Position numbers and translations under genes: made by a program. Shown here piece after piece: positions 1-10,946 of a stretch of 64,000 nucleotides of DNA; positions within the stretch are counted from its first letter, which is position 1, and every line of letters begins with the position of its first letter. The stretch is taken from the NCBI RefSeq assembly GCF_003334255.1, contig NZ_QOWU01000009.1; one strand, 5' to 3'. The notes beneath the pieces are model-generated. The model made no database searches, was not told where the DNA came from, and saw only the letters and a list, made by a program, of their open reading frames with translations. This DNA comes from Escherichia coli (GTDB lineage Bacteria > Pseudomonadota > Gammaproteobacteria > Enterobacterales > Enterobacteriaceae).

Positions 1-408
1 CAGTGCTTTAGTCAGCGGAGGCAGAATAGTGTTGATATATTCGTCAGTGGTCTGCTTGATCTTATTAGCAATATCTTCAGCAGCACCCAGCGCATATTCA
101 AAGAAGCTAATCTGTAAACGCAGGTCATTCAGGCTTACATCGAGAGTGGAATACGTATTAGCGAACGCGTACAACGGCAGGTTCTCGTTCATTTTGCTAA
201 TTTCTTCGCACAGCTCGAGATTATATTTATCCCAGTCAAAAATAACGCCGCACAGACGCGCATTGTTTTCGATCAGTTTTAATAAGTCGTCACGGTCGTT
301 CGGGTAAACAATCTGGAAGTTCAGACGTTCAAGCGCGCGATGAAGTTCACGGATGGGTTCTTCTTTAAAATAAACCCCCATGTGATTCAATATTGCAATA
401 ACGTTCAT
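1..408 (-). CDS. cadA: Lysine decarboxylase CadA, N-terminal 136 codons only; gene continues beyond window start
   Basis: Reverse-complement of 380..408 translates MNVIAILNHM and of 1..28 gives ILPPLTKAL, matching recalled CadA N-terminus; not on ORF track because truncated. Confidence 0.9.
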   Translation of the reverse strand, partial: MNVIAILNHMGVYFKEEPIRELHRALERLNFQIVYPNDRDDLLKLIENNARLCGVIFDWDKYNLELCEEISKMNENLPLYAFANTYSTLDVSLNDLRLQISFFEYALGAAEDIANKIKQTTDEYINTILPPLTKAL

Positions 409-487
409 AGTCATATCTCCAGGTAAAAAAGGCCCCTCCCAACACATGGGACAAAATGAAAGGAGGAGCCTCGGAAAATACTTTTAA

Positions 488-1822
488 TTAATGTGCGTTA
501 GACGCGGTGTGGTTATCCATTGAGTGGCTCTGGCGCTCGTGCATTTTGCGAGCGTAGAACATCAGGATAATCAGGCTGACGATGAAGGTACCTGCCAGCT
601 CGAAGGAGCTTGCGCCCATCAGCGCGATGAAGCAGAACACGCAACCCAGTACAGAGCAGATCAGGCTGACAAAGTTGCGGATGTTAACGCCTTCAAAACG
701 AATCAGGTCAACGCAAGAGTAGAAATACGGCAGCATAGTCAGCAGTACTGCGATACCGGTCAGTTCACCGAACAGGTCAGATGCTTTACCACCGGCAGAG
801 TTCATCAGAGTGATAAGGATCATCAGGGCAGTCATTTTCACTGCAGCCAGCAGCAGACCTTTTTTCGGAATACCGTTGCTGTCGACTTCACCATAAACTT
901 TCGGGAAGTTACCGTCGTTAGCGGCACGTACACCTGCCTGGCCTACCAACATCATCCAGGAGCCCAGAGAAGTCAGGCACGCAAAGGCGGTGAATGCAGA
1001 AACCAGCGGCGCAGCCCAGTTACCGAGGATAGTTGAAGCACTGATTGCAAACGGAGCACCGGAAGCCGCCATTACAGAAGACGGATACATACCGGAAAGC
1101 ACCTGAGTCGCAGCGATGTAAACAATACCTGCTAAACCAGTACCCAGCATGGTTGCCAGCGGAACGGTACGTTTCGGGTTTTTAACCATACCAGTACTTA
1201 CAGCTGCGGATTCAACACCCACGAAGGCCCACAGGCAGAGCAGAATACTTTTAATGATCGCATGACCATCAGTGGTATCCGCAGTATTCCAGTTAGCTGC
1301 ATAAGTTGCTGCATCAAACCAATGCCAGCCAACAATAGCAGTCATCACCACAGGAATAAGAACCAGCACCAGACCAATAGTGGTTAAACGGCTTACCCAA
1401 GTACCGCCGAGCATATTTACAAAGGTAAATACCCAGACGATAGCAATACAGGCGATACCCGCCGGAACAGGATCATTTAATACTGGGAAGAAGGTGGAAA
1501 GATAAGATACAGCGGTAATACCAATCGCCAGGTTACCAATCCAGTTAGCATGGTAATAAAGAACACCTGTCTGAAAACCAAATGCAGGGGAAATTTCTCC
1601 GGCATAAGCAATTGGGCCACCTTGTTGCGGGTTTTTTGTTGCCAGTCGGGCATATACATACGCCAGCGACATTGCACCAATAATAGAGATAATCCAACCC
1701 CAGATAGCAATACCACCGATACTTGCTAGGTTCGCAGGTAATAATGCAATACCGCTCCCCATCATATTACCGGCAACAACACCGGTACAGGCAAATAGCC
1801 CGATCTTCTTGGCAGAACTCAT
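488..1822 (-). CDS. cadB: Cadaverine/lysine antiporter CadB
   Basis: ORF track 444 aa, full-length recognition of CadB (MSSAKKIGLFACTGVVAGNMMGSG...); sits upstream of cadA on same strand. Confidence 0.95.
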   Translation of the reverse strand: MSSAKKIGLFACTGVVAGNMMGSGIALLPANLASIGGIAIWGWIISIIGAMSLAYVYARLATKNPQQGGPIAYAGEISPAFGFQTGVLYYHANWIGNLAIGITAVSYLSTFFPVLNDPVPAGIACIAIVWVFTFVNMLGGTWVSRLTTIGLVLVLIPVVMTAIVGWHWFDAATYAANWNTADTTDGHAIIKSILLCLWAFVGVESAAVSTGMVKNPKRTVPLATMLGTGLAGIVYIAATQVLSGMYPSSVMAASGAPFAISASTILGNWAAPLVSAFTAFACLTSLGSWMMLVGQAGVRAANDGNFPKVYGEVDSNGIPKKGLLLAAVKMTALMILITLMNSAGGKASDLFGELTGIAVLLTMLPYFYSCVDLIRFEGVNIRNFVSLICSVLGCVFCFIALMGASSFELAGTFIVSLIILMFYARKMHERQSHSMDNHTASNAH

Positions 1823-2186
1823 GCTCTTCTCCTAATTTCATTTTTGAATTTGGAGTCCGGGTCATGATGTATAACTATTTCCTGACCAGACCAAACTGGC
1901 GATAAGATTACTCACGAAAAAAGGATTAATCCTAAAGATTAGGTGAAATAACACAAAAGTTTCTGTAAGTGAGAACTTGAGGTTTTTTATTAACACATCA
2001 GGATCGCAAGTTGATATCATGAAAAGATAAACATTTAATGTTTACAATGGATTGCGTGACATTCTCTGGTTAAATTTATGTAATAAAAATTATGCGGCAA
2101 ATAAATTGCCGCAACATATTATACCAACAGGAACATACAAAAACTCAACAACAAATATTTCCGAGCATAAATCAACCCGGAGTTAC
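1823..2186 (-). promoter_or_regulatory. cadBA promoter region (Pcad), expected target of CadC and H-NS
   Basis: AT-rich 364-bp spacer between cadC stop and cadB start; role assigned from established cad operon biology, individual sites not resolved. Confidence 0.5.
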
Positions 2187-3725
2187 TTATTCTGAAGCAA
2201 GAAATTTGTCGAGATAAGGTACAACATAAGGAACAGAAGTCTGGAATATACCATTTTCAATCCAGTAAAGGGTGTTTGCCCCTGGGCGTAAATTAAAGGC
2301 GGTGAGATATGCATCAGCTGCTTCCCGGTTCATCCCCTTCATTTCATAAACCTTGCCAAGCAACACATAATTTAGCCAGGACATTTCAAGATCAATGCCA
2401 GTATTTATCGCCTGGTAAGACTCATCTGTTTTACCTTTTACCAGAGCACTGACCGCTTTTATTTGATATATAATGGACAGGTTGTTCAATTCCGGCAGTG
2501 TAACAATGTTATCTATTTCTGTGTTCAGTGCTGCTAATTGTTTTTCATCTAAAGGATGTTGAGAATGGCGCACGATATCAACTAATGCTTTTTCTGCTCT
2601 CGCGTAGGTAAATTCTGGGGATGATTGAACAATCTCACCTAATAATTCACTGGCACGGTTCAATGATTTATCATCGCCATGCAGTAAATAATCATGTGCC
2701 TGATAAAAATTAGTTAATAACGCACCACGATGCGGCAAAATTTTCTGGAGCGTCTCCTGCATTCGTTGTGGCCACGGTTGGTTTAACGCTTTTGATAAAC
2801 TCTCCAGTAAATCATTTTGAATCGCCAGCTGATTACCGTTAGTGATGACATAACGTTTATCCAGCATGGTTGAACCATCTGCATTGTCTACCAATTTTAT
2901 CGACATAAAGCATTGTTGAGCACGGTATTGGCGCTGATTAACAAACGCAATAGATAATGTTTTACCGGAACTGCTCGGTTCATCAATGTTGTAGTTGATT
3001 TTGTCATGCACCATAAAGGTGGAGAAGGTGTTAAGTGATGTCGCCACCAAATCACCCACGCCTATCGCGTAAGAGAGCTGATACGGGGAACTCCAGCTGT
3101 TACAACTTTTATTTACCATATTAATGTCAATATCGCGTGGATTGAGCAAAATACGCGATTTGCTCATAGGAAGACGTGTATCAAGACTTGAAAACGCTAC
3201 CAGTGCTACACAGATACCTAACGACAACAGGAAAAAAAACCATACCCAAAAGGTAGTGAATCGTTTGCTTTTAACTGGGGATTGTTCAGGTGGCGTTGCG
3301 GTGTTTTGAATGTTAAGACTGTGGGAGGGAGAATCTGTGGCAGGAACCGCCTCTGGTATAGGGGGAGGCGAAGATAGCATTATTTCCTCTCCCTCTTCTT
3401 CGCTGTACCAGATAACCGGCACCATTAATTTATAGCCGCGCTTTGGTACAGTAGCGATATAGACAGGACTATCTTCATCATTATCTTTTAATGACTTACG
3501 TAGTTCTGAGATACTCTGCGTCACAACGTGATTGGTGACAATACTTCTCTTCCAGACATTATCGATAAGTTCATCCCTGCTAAGTACTTCGCCACTGTGT
3601 TGAGCAAAGAAAACCAGAAGATCGATTAATCTCGGCTCAAGGGTAAGTTGACGCCCATTGCGGCTAATTTGGTTTATGGACGGAGTAACAAGCCATTCGC
3701 CAACGCGAACTACAGGTTGTTGCAT
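2187..3725 (-). CDS. cadC: Membrane-integrated ToxR-like pH/lysine-responsive activator CadC
   Basis: ORF track 512 aa, recognised as CadC; contains PPPIP tract at residues 120-124. Confidence 0.95.
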   Translation of the reverse strand: MQQPVVRVGEWLVTPSINQISRNGRQLTLEPRLIDLLVFFAQHSGEVLSRDELIDNVWKRSIVTNHVVTQSISELRKSLKDNDEDSPVYIATVPKRGYKLMVPVIWYSEEEGEEIMLSSPPPIPEAVPATDSPSHSLNIQNTATPPEQSPVKSKRFTTFWVWFFFLLSLGICVALVAFSSLDTRLPMSKSRILLNPRDIDINMVNKSCNSWSSPYQLSYAIGVGDLVATSLNTFSTFMVHDKINYNIDEPSSSGKTLSIAFVNQRQYRAQQCFMSIKLVDNADGSTMLDKRYVITNGNQLAIQNDLLESLSKALNQPWPQRMQETLQKILPHRGALLTNFYQAHDYLLHGDDKSLNRASELLGEIVQSSPEFTYARAEKALVDIVRHSQHPLDEKQLAALNTEIDNIVTLPELNNLSIIYQIKAVSALVKGKTDESYQAINTGIDLEMSWLNYVLLGKVYEMKGMNREAADAYLTAFNLRPGANTLYWIENGIFQTSVPYVVPYLDKFLASE

Positions 3726-4298
3726 AATAGAAACTCATTCGAAAAGGGAATGATGCAATGATAATTGCCACAACCTATTTTTACCATCTATAGATGGGTT
3801 TATTTACATATTATTGGTGAATGCAAGACGTTATTTTTACCAGCCATAAACTTCTTGATTACATAGTATTACGAAAGGATTTTACTGAGAACCAGAAGTA
3901 ATATTCCTTACCATCAAAATTCATCATCTTTGCCAAAGAAAAATGTTCAGAAAATAATCCATGGAAAATTGTCCGGAGCACTTACTATTTTAATGGATTG
4001 TTAGTCTTTGCATGAGCAAGCGAACTGATACATTTCTCTTTGTTCTCATTCAGAAAATCTCATCAGTCGCCGTTCAGACCGGTGTTGTGCTTTATGGATG
4101 CGTTACGCTCCTGATGACGTCATTTGACGTTCAACAGCATCACGGGGCCGCACGACATTTCACGTCAGTTAGTGCTATAGCTCAGGAACAAATTTTCCCG
4201 AATTGGGATATGCCCGCAAATTGCTGGTGATGTGGGGAGAATCTGGTTGAGTTCGGTAGAATTGATTTGGAGGCAGAACGCTTAAATCGTGGCGTCCT

Positions 4299-4331
4299 GA
4301 AACGAAAAACGGACCTCCGTGGAGGTCCGTT
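4299..4331 (-). terminator. Rho-independent terminator downstream of pheU
   Basis: Perfect 9-bp stem aacggacct/aggtccgtt (4308..4316 / 4323..4331) followed on minus strand by U-rich tract. Confidence 0.6.
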
Positions 4332-4341
4332 TATATGAATT

Positions 4342-4417
4342 TGGTGCCCGGACTCGGAATCGAACCAAGGACACGGGGATTTTCAATCCCCTGCTCTACC
4401 GACTGAGCTATCCGGGC
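4342..4417 (-). tRNA. pheU: tRNA-Phe (GAA)
   Basis: Reverse complement reads GCCCGGATAGCTCAGTCGGTAGAGCAGGGGATTGAAAATCCCCGTGTCCTTGGTTCGATTCCGAGTCCGGGCACCA, the canonical E. coli tRNA-Phe. Confidence 0.95.
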
Positions 4418-4523
4418 AACGGGGCGCATTAAACCGTAATCTGCACATCTCGTCAACCTAATTTCAGTAAAAGCGATTCAACTGCTTAAGATTGCGGCAA
4501 ATCGCTTCTTTTCTGTGTTTCTG

Positions 4524-5099
4524 TCAGGTCAATGCACCACCCTGGCGGCAGCGGGCGAAGCGCAGGATATCTTCCGCCAGCCGATGTGCAGTGTCGACAT
4601 CCGCCTGGCTACGATTCACCAGCATTCGGCTTAAACAGCCTTCCAGCACCAGTTCCATCTGCTTTGCTACCATCGCCGGATCGTCAACTTCCAGTGTGGT
4701 TAACAGTTCGTGGGTGAAATCGTAGGCCGCGCTTTTTTGCTGATCGGCCAGTTGATGAATAGGGTGGCCAGGATCGGGATAAAACGTACAGGCAGCGATA
4801 AATAGACAGCCCGGATAGCGGTTGTTTTTAACGCACTCCGATAACGCCTGATAACGTGCCAGCAGCTTTTGTTCGGCGGTTTGCGTTTCGTCCAGCATCA
4901 GCTGACGACGCCAGACATCTATCTGTTGGCTAAGATAACGCAGCGCATCGTAGAGGATTGCCTCTTTGTCTGGCCAGAAGCGGCGTAGCTCGTCCAGTGG
5001 ATAATCCACACGTTCAGCAACCATCTCCAGCGTGGTGTTGGCAATCCCTTGTAATTCTAATAATTTCAGGGCTTCTCCCAGTACATCTTCACGTTGCAC
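4524..5099 (-). CDS. yjdC: TetR-family transcriptional regulator YjdC
   Basis: ORF track 4524..5123; start moved to GTG at 5099, which has GGAGG 8 nt upstream; 191 aa, TetR-like N-terminal helix-turn-helix region. Confidence 0.8.
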
Positions 5100-5135
5100 G
5101 CTATTTTCCTCCGTCTTTCCCACTGCAAGTGTCGT

Positions 5136-6833
5136 TCACGGTTGGCGATCGCGCAAATGTGCGCTGAAGGTTTCAGCATCCATAAAGCCCGTGACGCGTG
5201 CTTGTGGATGCTCCTGGCCTTGTCCGTCAAAAAAGAGAATTGTCGGTAGGCCAAGGACATTAAGATGCTTTAACAGCGCCACATCTTGTGCGTCGTTGGC
5301 CGTGACGTTGGCCTGAAGTAAGACCGTGTCTGCTAACGCTTTTTGCACCTGCGGGTCGCTGAAGGTGTATTTCTCAAACTCTTTACAGGCGACGCACCAG
5401 TCGGCATAAAGATCTAACATCACCGGTTTGCCTTTGGCTTCAACGAGCGCCTGATTTAACTCATCTACCGTTTTGATTTGTGTAAAGTTGAGATGCGTCT
5501 GAGTTTGCGCGGTATGCGTCGCACCAAATGCCCAATCCTGAAGTGGGCGCACGCTAACCAATGCCGCTGCCAGCAGAATAATTTGCACAATACGCATCCA
5601 GCCGCGTTTAGCCTGTAGGCTGGTGATAAAGGCCCAGCCAAAGAATGCGACACCCAGCGCCGACCACAAGCGTAATCCCCATACATCACCAATCACTCGC
5701 TCCAGCAGGAAGACCGGCAGTGCGAGGATCACAAAACCAAACGCGGTTTTGACTTGTTCCATCCACGGGCCGCTTTTCGGCAGCAAGCGGTTACCAAAGA
5801 CGGTAATTAGCATCAGCGGCAGGCCCATGCCCAACGCATAGAGATAAAGCGTGCCGCCGCCCAGCCACATGTTCCCGCTTTGGGCGATATACAGCAGAAT
5901 CGCGCTAAGCGGTGCGGTGGTGCATGGTGAACAGATCAGTCCGGCAATCGCCCCCATAACAAACACACCGCCAGGTGAGCCGCCCTGTTGGCGATTGCTC
6001 ATCAACGTGAGACGTGTTTGCAGCGAAGAGGGGAGTTGCAGGGTAAACAAGCCAAACATTGACATCGCCAGCAAGGTAAAGACGATGGCGAGGCCAATGA
6101 GCACGTATGGGTGCTGTAGCGCCGCCTGGAACTGTAACCCTGCGGCGGCAACCACCAGACCCAGCGCCGTGTAGGTCAGCGCCATCCCCTGCACATAAAT
6201 AAAGGTCAGCAACAATGCTCTGGCAGTGGAGAGCCGCTGTTTACCACCCAGCACGATGCCAGAAATCAGTGGGTACATTGGCAGCACGCATGGCGTAAAG
6301 GCGATACCAATACCGATCAACAACGCCCAGAGCGCGGAAAAGGGCAATTGCGCGGTGGGCTGCTCTTGCTGCGGAACAGACACAGGCTGTGGCGCTGCGT
6401 TGTTGGCGACCACTTCGCTTAACGGAACGGTTTTGGTTTCTGGCGGATAACAGAAACCGGCATCAGCACAGCCCTGGTAGGTGACAGTTAACGTCGCTCC
6501 CGCACTCGCCTGGTTGATGGTGACGGGAAGCGTCAGCCGATCGCGGTAAATCTCGCTTTTGCCGTAAAACTCATCTTCATGCCAGACGCCTTGCGGCAGC
6601 TGCACGTCGGCAATTTTCGCGTGTTCCGGCGTAATGCGGATCTGTTTACGGTAGAGGTAGTAACCGTCTTTGATCTGCCAGGTCAGATTAAGGTCATGTT
6701 GGTTTTGCTGAAAATCAAAAGCAAAGGCTTGATCCGCGGGGACAAATTGTGAACGTCCCGGCGCGTCGAATAATCCGGCAAAAACGGAAGTGCTGCAAAG
6801 TAGCAGGATCAGCGTAAAGATGCGTTGAGCCAT
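5136..6833 (-). CDS. dsbD: Thiol:disulfide interchange protein DsbD
   Basis: Track ORF 592 aa trimmed to recognised start [12 protein letters not shown] (565 aa); CxxC motifs and central TM domain present. Confidence 0.9.
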
Positions 6834-7147
6834 GAGAGGTAATCTGTGTCTCCGTGTGTAACAGGTAAAACCAGAAGTTCCGGGGTTTGATATGGATGAT
6901 GAGACTTCAGGCATTCCAGCAGTGCCTGCTGGTGAGATACGGTAGTTTTTAAAATCATCTGCACTTCGTATTCTTGCTCCAGCTTACCTTCCCAGTAATA
7001 GAGAGAGGTAGCGCCGGGGATCAAGGTCGCGCAGGCCGCCAGTTTTTCCGCCAGCACTTTGGCGGCTAAATCCTGGGCTGTCGCTTCATCTGGTGCCGTA
7101 CATAGCACCACGACAGACGCGGTATTCGAACTTTTTTCATCAAGCAT
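6809..7147 (-). CDS. cutA: Divalent-cation tolerance protein CutA
   Basis: Track ORF trimmed to ATG giving [15 protein letters not shown] (112 aa); 3-prime end overlaps dsbD start by 25 nt. Confidence 0.9.
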
Positions 7148-7262
7148 AAACACCTCGCAAGAACAGATGGAACCGCAAGAGAGAGGTCACTATACAACGG
7201 ACGGGGGAAGGATGTTAGTCGGCGGGAAAGAAAGCGGGGCGTGAACGCCCCGCGATTGATCA

Positions 7263-8564
7263 TTACAGCATGAAGCTACCCAGCACGAAGCCGAAGCAAA
7301 CGGCCAGGGCAACACCCAGAGTACCCGGGATGAAGAACGGATGGTTGAAGACGAATTTACCGATACGGGTAGTACCCGTGTCATCCATCTGTACCGCAGC
7401 AACCAGCGTCGGGTAGGTCGGCAGAATGAACAGACCAGACACCGCAGCGAAAGAAGCAACAGCGGTCAGCGGTGAAACGTTCAGTGCCAGAGCCATCGGC
7501 ATCAGTGCTTTTGCGGTTGCAGCCTGAGAGTACAGCAGAGCAGAAGCAAAGAAGAAGATGACGGCCAGCAGCCACGGATGACCCTGAATCACTTCACCAG
7601 CGGTATCTTTGATCCAGTCGATGTTGTTGGAAACGAAAGTATCGCCCAGCCACGCAACACCCAGGATACAAATACAGGCGCTCATACCTGCTTTGAAGGT
7701 GCTGGAGTTGAGGATGTTGTCGGTATCGACTTTACAGATAACGGTGGTCAGAGTTGCAACGCTGAGCATGATGATCAGGATTGCGTTGGTGGTGTTCATC
7801 AGCGGTTTTTCAACCAGACCCATGCTTGGGCTGTTGATGATTGCATAGATAACCACGCCAACTACGCCCAGCAGGAACAGCCAGACGGACGTTTTTGCAC
7901 CGGATTTGATTTCAATCTGCTTTTCACCGCGCAGTTCAACCAGGCCCTCTTCCAGACGCTTGCGATAAATCGGATCGTCAGAGAGTTTGGAGTTGAACAG
8001 CATAGTGACCAGGAAGGACATCACCAGAACCGCCAGCAGGGTGGACGGGATGACCACGGAGAGCAGATGGAGGTAGCTGATACCATGACCTTCCATCACG
8101 GAAGACATGTAAACCACTGCCGCTGAGATTGGCGATGCGGTGATCGCAATCTGCGCGGATACCACTGCAGTAGACAGCGGACGGCAAGGTTTAACGCCTT
8201 GTTCCTTCGCAACTTCAGCGATAACTGGCAGTGTCGCCAGAGAGATGTTGCCAGTACCAGCAAAGATAGTCAGGAAATAGGTCACGATCGGTGCGAGGAT
8301 CGTGATGTATTTCGGGTTACGGCGCAGCAGCTTTTCTGTCTGATGAACCAGATAGTCCAGACCGCCAGCAACCTGCATGGCAGAAATAGCGGCGATAACC
8401 GCCATGATAATGGAGATGACATCGAACGGGATGTTACCGGGTTTAACGCCAATAGCGGCAAGAACCAGCACCCCCAATCCGCCTGCAAAACCAATACCTA
8501 TTCCCCCCAATCTGGCGCCCAAGAAGATCGCCAGCAAAACTATGATGAGTTCTACAACTAGCAT
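7263..8564 (-). CDS. dcuA: Anaerobic C4-dicarboxylate transporter DcuA
   Basis: ORF track 433 aa, recognised as DcuA; polytopic membrane protein downstream of aspA. Confidence 0.95.
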   Translation of the reverse strand: MLVVELIIVLLAIFLGARLGGIGIGFAGGLGVLVLAAIGVKPGNIPFDVISIIMAVIAAISAMQVAGGLDYLVHQTEKLLRRNPKYITILAPIVTYFLTIFAGTGNISLATLPVIAEVAKEQGVKPCRPLSTAVVSAQIAITASPISAAVVYMSSVMEGHGISYLHLLSVVIPSTLLAVLVMSFLVTMLFNSKLSDDPIYRKRLEEGLVELRGEKQIEIKSGAKTSVWLFLLGVVGVVIYAIINSPSMGLVEKPLMNTTNAILIIMLSVATLTTVICKVDTDNILNSSTFKAGMSACICILGVAWLGDTFVSNNIDWIKDTAGEVIQGHPWLLAVIFFFASALLYSQAATAKALMPMALALNVSPLTAVASFAAVSGLFILPTYPTLVAAVQMDDTGTTRIGKFVFNHPFFIPGTLGVALAVCFGFVLGSFML

Positions 8565-8630
8565 ATTAGCCTTCCTTGTTTTTTAACAAGTTGATATTAG
8601 ATTGTTATTTTTAAGTTACTGCTCACAAGA

Positions 8631-8661
8631 AAAAAGGCACGTCATCTGACGTGCCTTTTTT
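8631..8661 (-). terminator. Palindromic intrinsic terminator between aspA and dcuA
   Basis: Stem ggcacgtc/gacgtgcc flanked by an A-run on one side and a T-run on the other, so it can terminate in either orientation. Confidence 0.6.
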
Positions 8662-8681
8662 ATTTGTACTACCCTGTACGA

Positions 8682-10118
8682 TTACTGTTCGCTTTCATCA
8701 GTATAGCGTTTTGCTTTGTAAGCCGGGTGCATCAGATTCTGTACGGAGAAAATATCGTCAAGTTCCGCTTCAGTCAACAGACCGCGTTCCAGAACGACTT
8801 CACGTACACTCTTACCGGTTTCGGCACAGATTTTACCCACGATGTCACCGTTGTGGTGACCGATGAACGGGTTCAGGTAAGTAACGATACCGATAGAGTT
8901 GTAAACGTAACCTTCGCACACTTCTTTGTTAGCAGTGATGCCGTTAATGCATTTTTCCAGCAGGTTGTAGCAAGCGTTGGTCAGAATGTGAACGGATTCG
9001 AACATGGCCTGGCCAATGACCGGCTCCATAACGTTCAACTGCAGCTGACCTGCTTCTGCTGCCATGGTAACAGTGGTGTCGTTACCGATGACTTTGAAGC
9101 ATACCTGGTTAACCACTTCCGGAACAACCGGGTTTACTTTAGCTGGCATGATGGAAGAGCCCGCCTGCAGTTCCGGCAGGTTGATCTCGTTCAGGCCGGC
9201 ACGTGGGCCTGAAGAGAGCAAGCGCAGGTCGTTACAGATTTTGGACATCTTCACAGCCAGGCGTTTCAGCGCGCCGTGAACCATAACATAAGCGCCGCAG
9301 TCAGAGGTCGCTTCGATCAGGTCTTCAGCCGGTACGCATGGGAAGCCAGTAACTTCAGCCAGTTTTTTCACTGCCAGCGGAGAGTACTCTTTCGGCGTGT
9401 TCAGACCAGTACCGATTGCTGTTGCACCAAGGTTAACTTCCAGCAGCAGTTCAGCGGTACGTTGGATGTTTTTCACTTCTTCTTTCAGCAGGATGCTGAA
9501 AGCGCGGAATTCCTGACCGAGGGTCATCGGTACTGCGTCCTGCAGCTGGGTACGACCCATTTTCAGGATGTCCTGGAATTCGACAGCTTTACGTTCAAAG
9601 CCTTCACGCAGTTGGTTAATCGCATCTACCAGCTTAATCAGGGAAGAGTAAACTGCGATACGGAAACCGGTCGGGTAGGCGTCGTTAGTGGACTGACATT
9701 TGTTAACATGGTCGTTCGGGTTCAGGTACTGATATTCACCTTTTTGGTGACCCATCAGTTCCAGACCGATATTGGCCAGCACTTCGTTGGTGTTCATGTT
9801 TACGGAAGTACCTGCGCCGCCCTGGTAGACGTCTACCGGGAACTGATCCATGCATTTTCCGTTGTTCAGGACTTCATCACATGCGGCAATGATGGCATTC
9901 GCTACACTTTTAGGAATGGTTTGCAGCTCTTTGTTTGCCATAGCTGCGGCTTTTTTAACCATTACCATACCGCGAACAAATTCAGGAATATCACTGATTT
10001 TGTTGTTGCTGATATAGAAGTTTTCAATCGCTCTCAGAGTGTGAACACCATAGTAGGCATCAGCTGGAACTTCCCTGGTACCCAACAGATCTTCTTCGAT
10101 ACGAATGTTGTTTGACAT
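8682..10118 (-). CDS. aspA: Aspartate ammonia-lyase
   Basis: Track ORF 493 aa trimmed to [13 protein letters not shown] (478 aa); fumarase/aspartase family signature [11 protein letters not shown] present. Confidence 0.95.
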
Positions 10119-10454
10119 GTGAACCTTCTTTTTCAAGCTGCCAATGATTTGCTTTAAACACACAGAATATATGTGGTTTCGAATGTTTTTCGACCGACGA
10201 TTATCCCCTGCATCGACCGAATACCCGAGATCATATGCTGCTTGAGGATTTCTACCGTAATCTGGATCACTTTAAGTGTCGGTTTTTACCCCTTAATTAT
10301 TAATTTGTGAAATAGATCACCGCTTTGGGATTACTACCAAAAATAGTTGCGCAAACATCTTGAAATTTTGCTAATGACCACAATATAAGCTAAACGCGAT
10401 TCGCAACCCATTCAGGTAGCCGGGGTTAACCGGCTGCTATTACAGGAGAAACCT

Positions 10455-10931
10455 TTGCGCTGGTTACCTTTTATTGCCATTTTCCTTTATGTCTATATTG
10501 AGATTTCAATCTTTATTCAGGTTGCCCATGTATTGGGGGTATTGCTGACCCTCGTGCTGGTTATATTCACGTCAGTTATCGGTATGTCACTGGTACGTAA
10601 CCAGGGCTTTAAGAATTTCGTGCTGATGCAGCAAAAAATGGCGGCGGGTGAAAACCCAGCGGCGGAGATGATTAAAAGTGTTTCGCTGATCATTGCTGGT
10701 TTGCTGCTTTTATTACCGGGCTTTTTTACCGACTTCCTCGGTCTTCTACTTTTATTGCCGCCGGTGCAAAAGCATCTGACAGTGAAGTTGATGCCGCATT
10801 TGCGCTTTTCTCGCATGCCTGGCGGCGGTTTTAGCGCCGGGACCGGTGGCGGTAATACTTTTGATGGTGAGTACCAGCGAAAGGATGATGAGCGCGACCG
10901 CCTTGATCATAAAGACGATCGCCAGGATTAA
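10455..10931 (+). CDS. fxsA: FxsA inner-membrane protein (suppressor of F-plasmid exclusion of phage T7)
   Basis: ORF track 158 aa beginning at a TTG codon; recognised as FxsA. Confidence 0.9.
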   Translation: MRWLPFIAIFLYVYIEISIFIQVAHVLGVLLTLVLVIFTSVIGMSLVRNQGFKNFVLMQQKMAAGENPAAEMIKSVSLIIAGLLLLLPGFFTDFLGLLLLLPPVQKHLTVKLMPHLRFSRMPGGGFSAGTGGGNTFDGEYQRKDDERDRLDHKDDRQD

Positions 10932-10946
10932 TGTCGAAACGCCGGA

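Noticed and set aside
29-307. 92-aa ORF on the plus strand at the window start
   Set aside because: Antisense to the recognised cadA N-terminal coding region.
4012-4230. 72-aa ORF between cadC and pheU
   Set aside because: No Shine-Dalgarno upstream and no recognisable motif; not called as a CDS. The region is kept as a finding for a possible integrase remnant.
5136-6914. N-terminally extended track ORFs (dsbD 592 aa here; also ampC 442, gdx 155, yjfC 430, queG 415, bsmA 142 and others)
   Set aside because: The extensions upstream of the recognised N-termini lack ribosome-binding sites and run into neighbouring genes or promoters; starts were trimmed to the recognised initiation codons.
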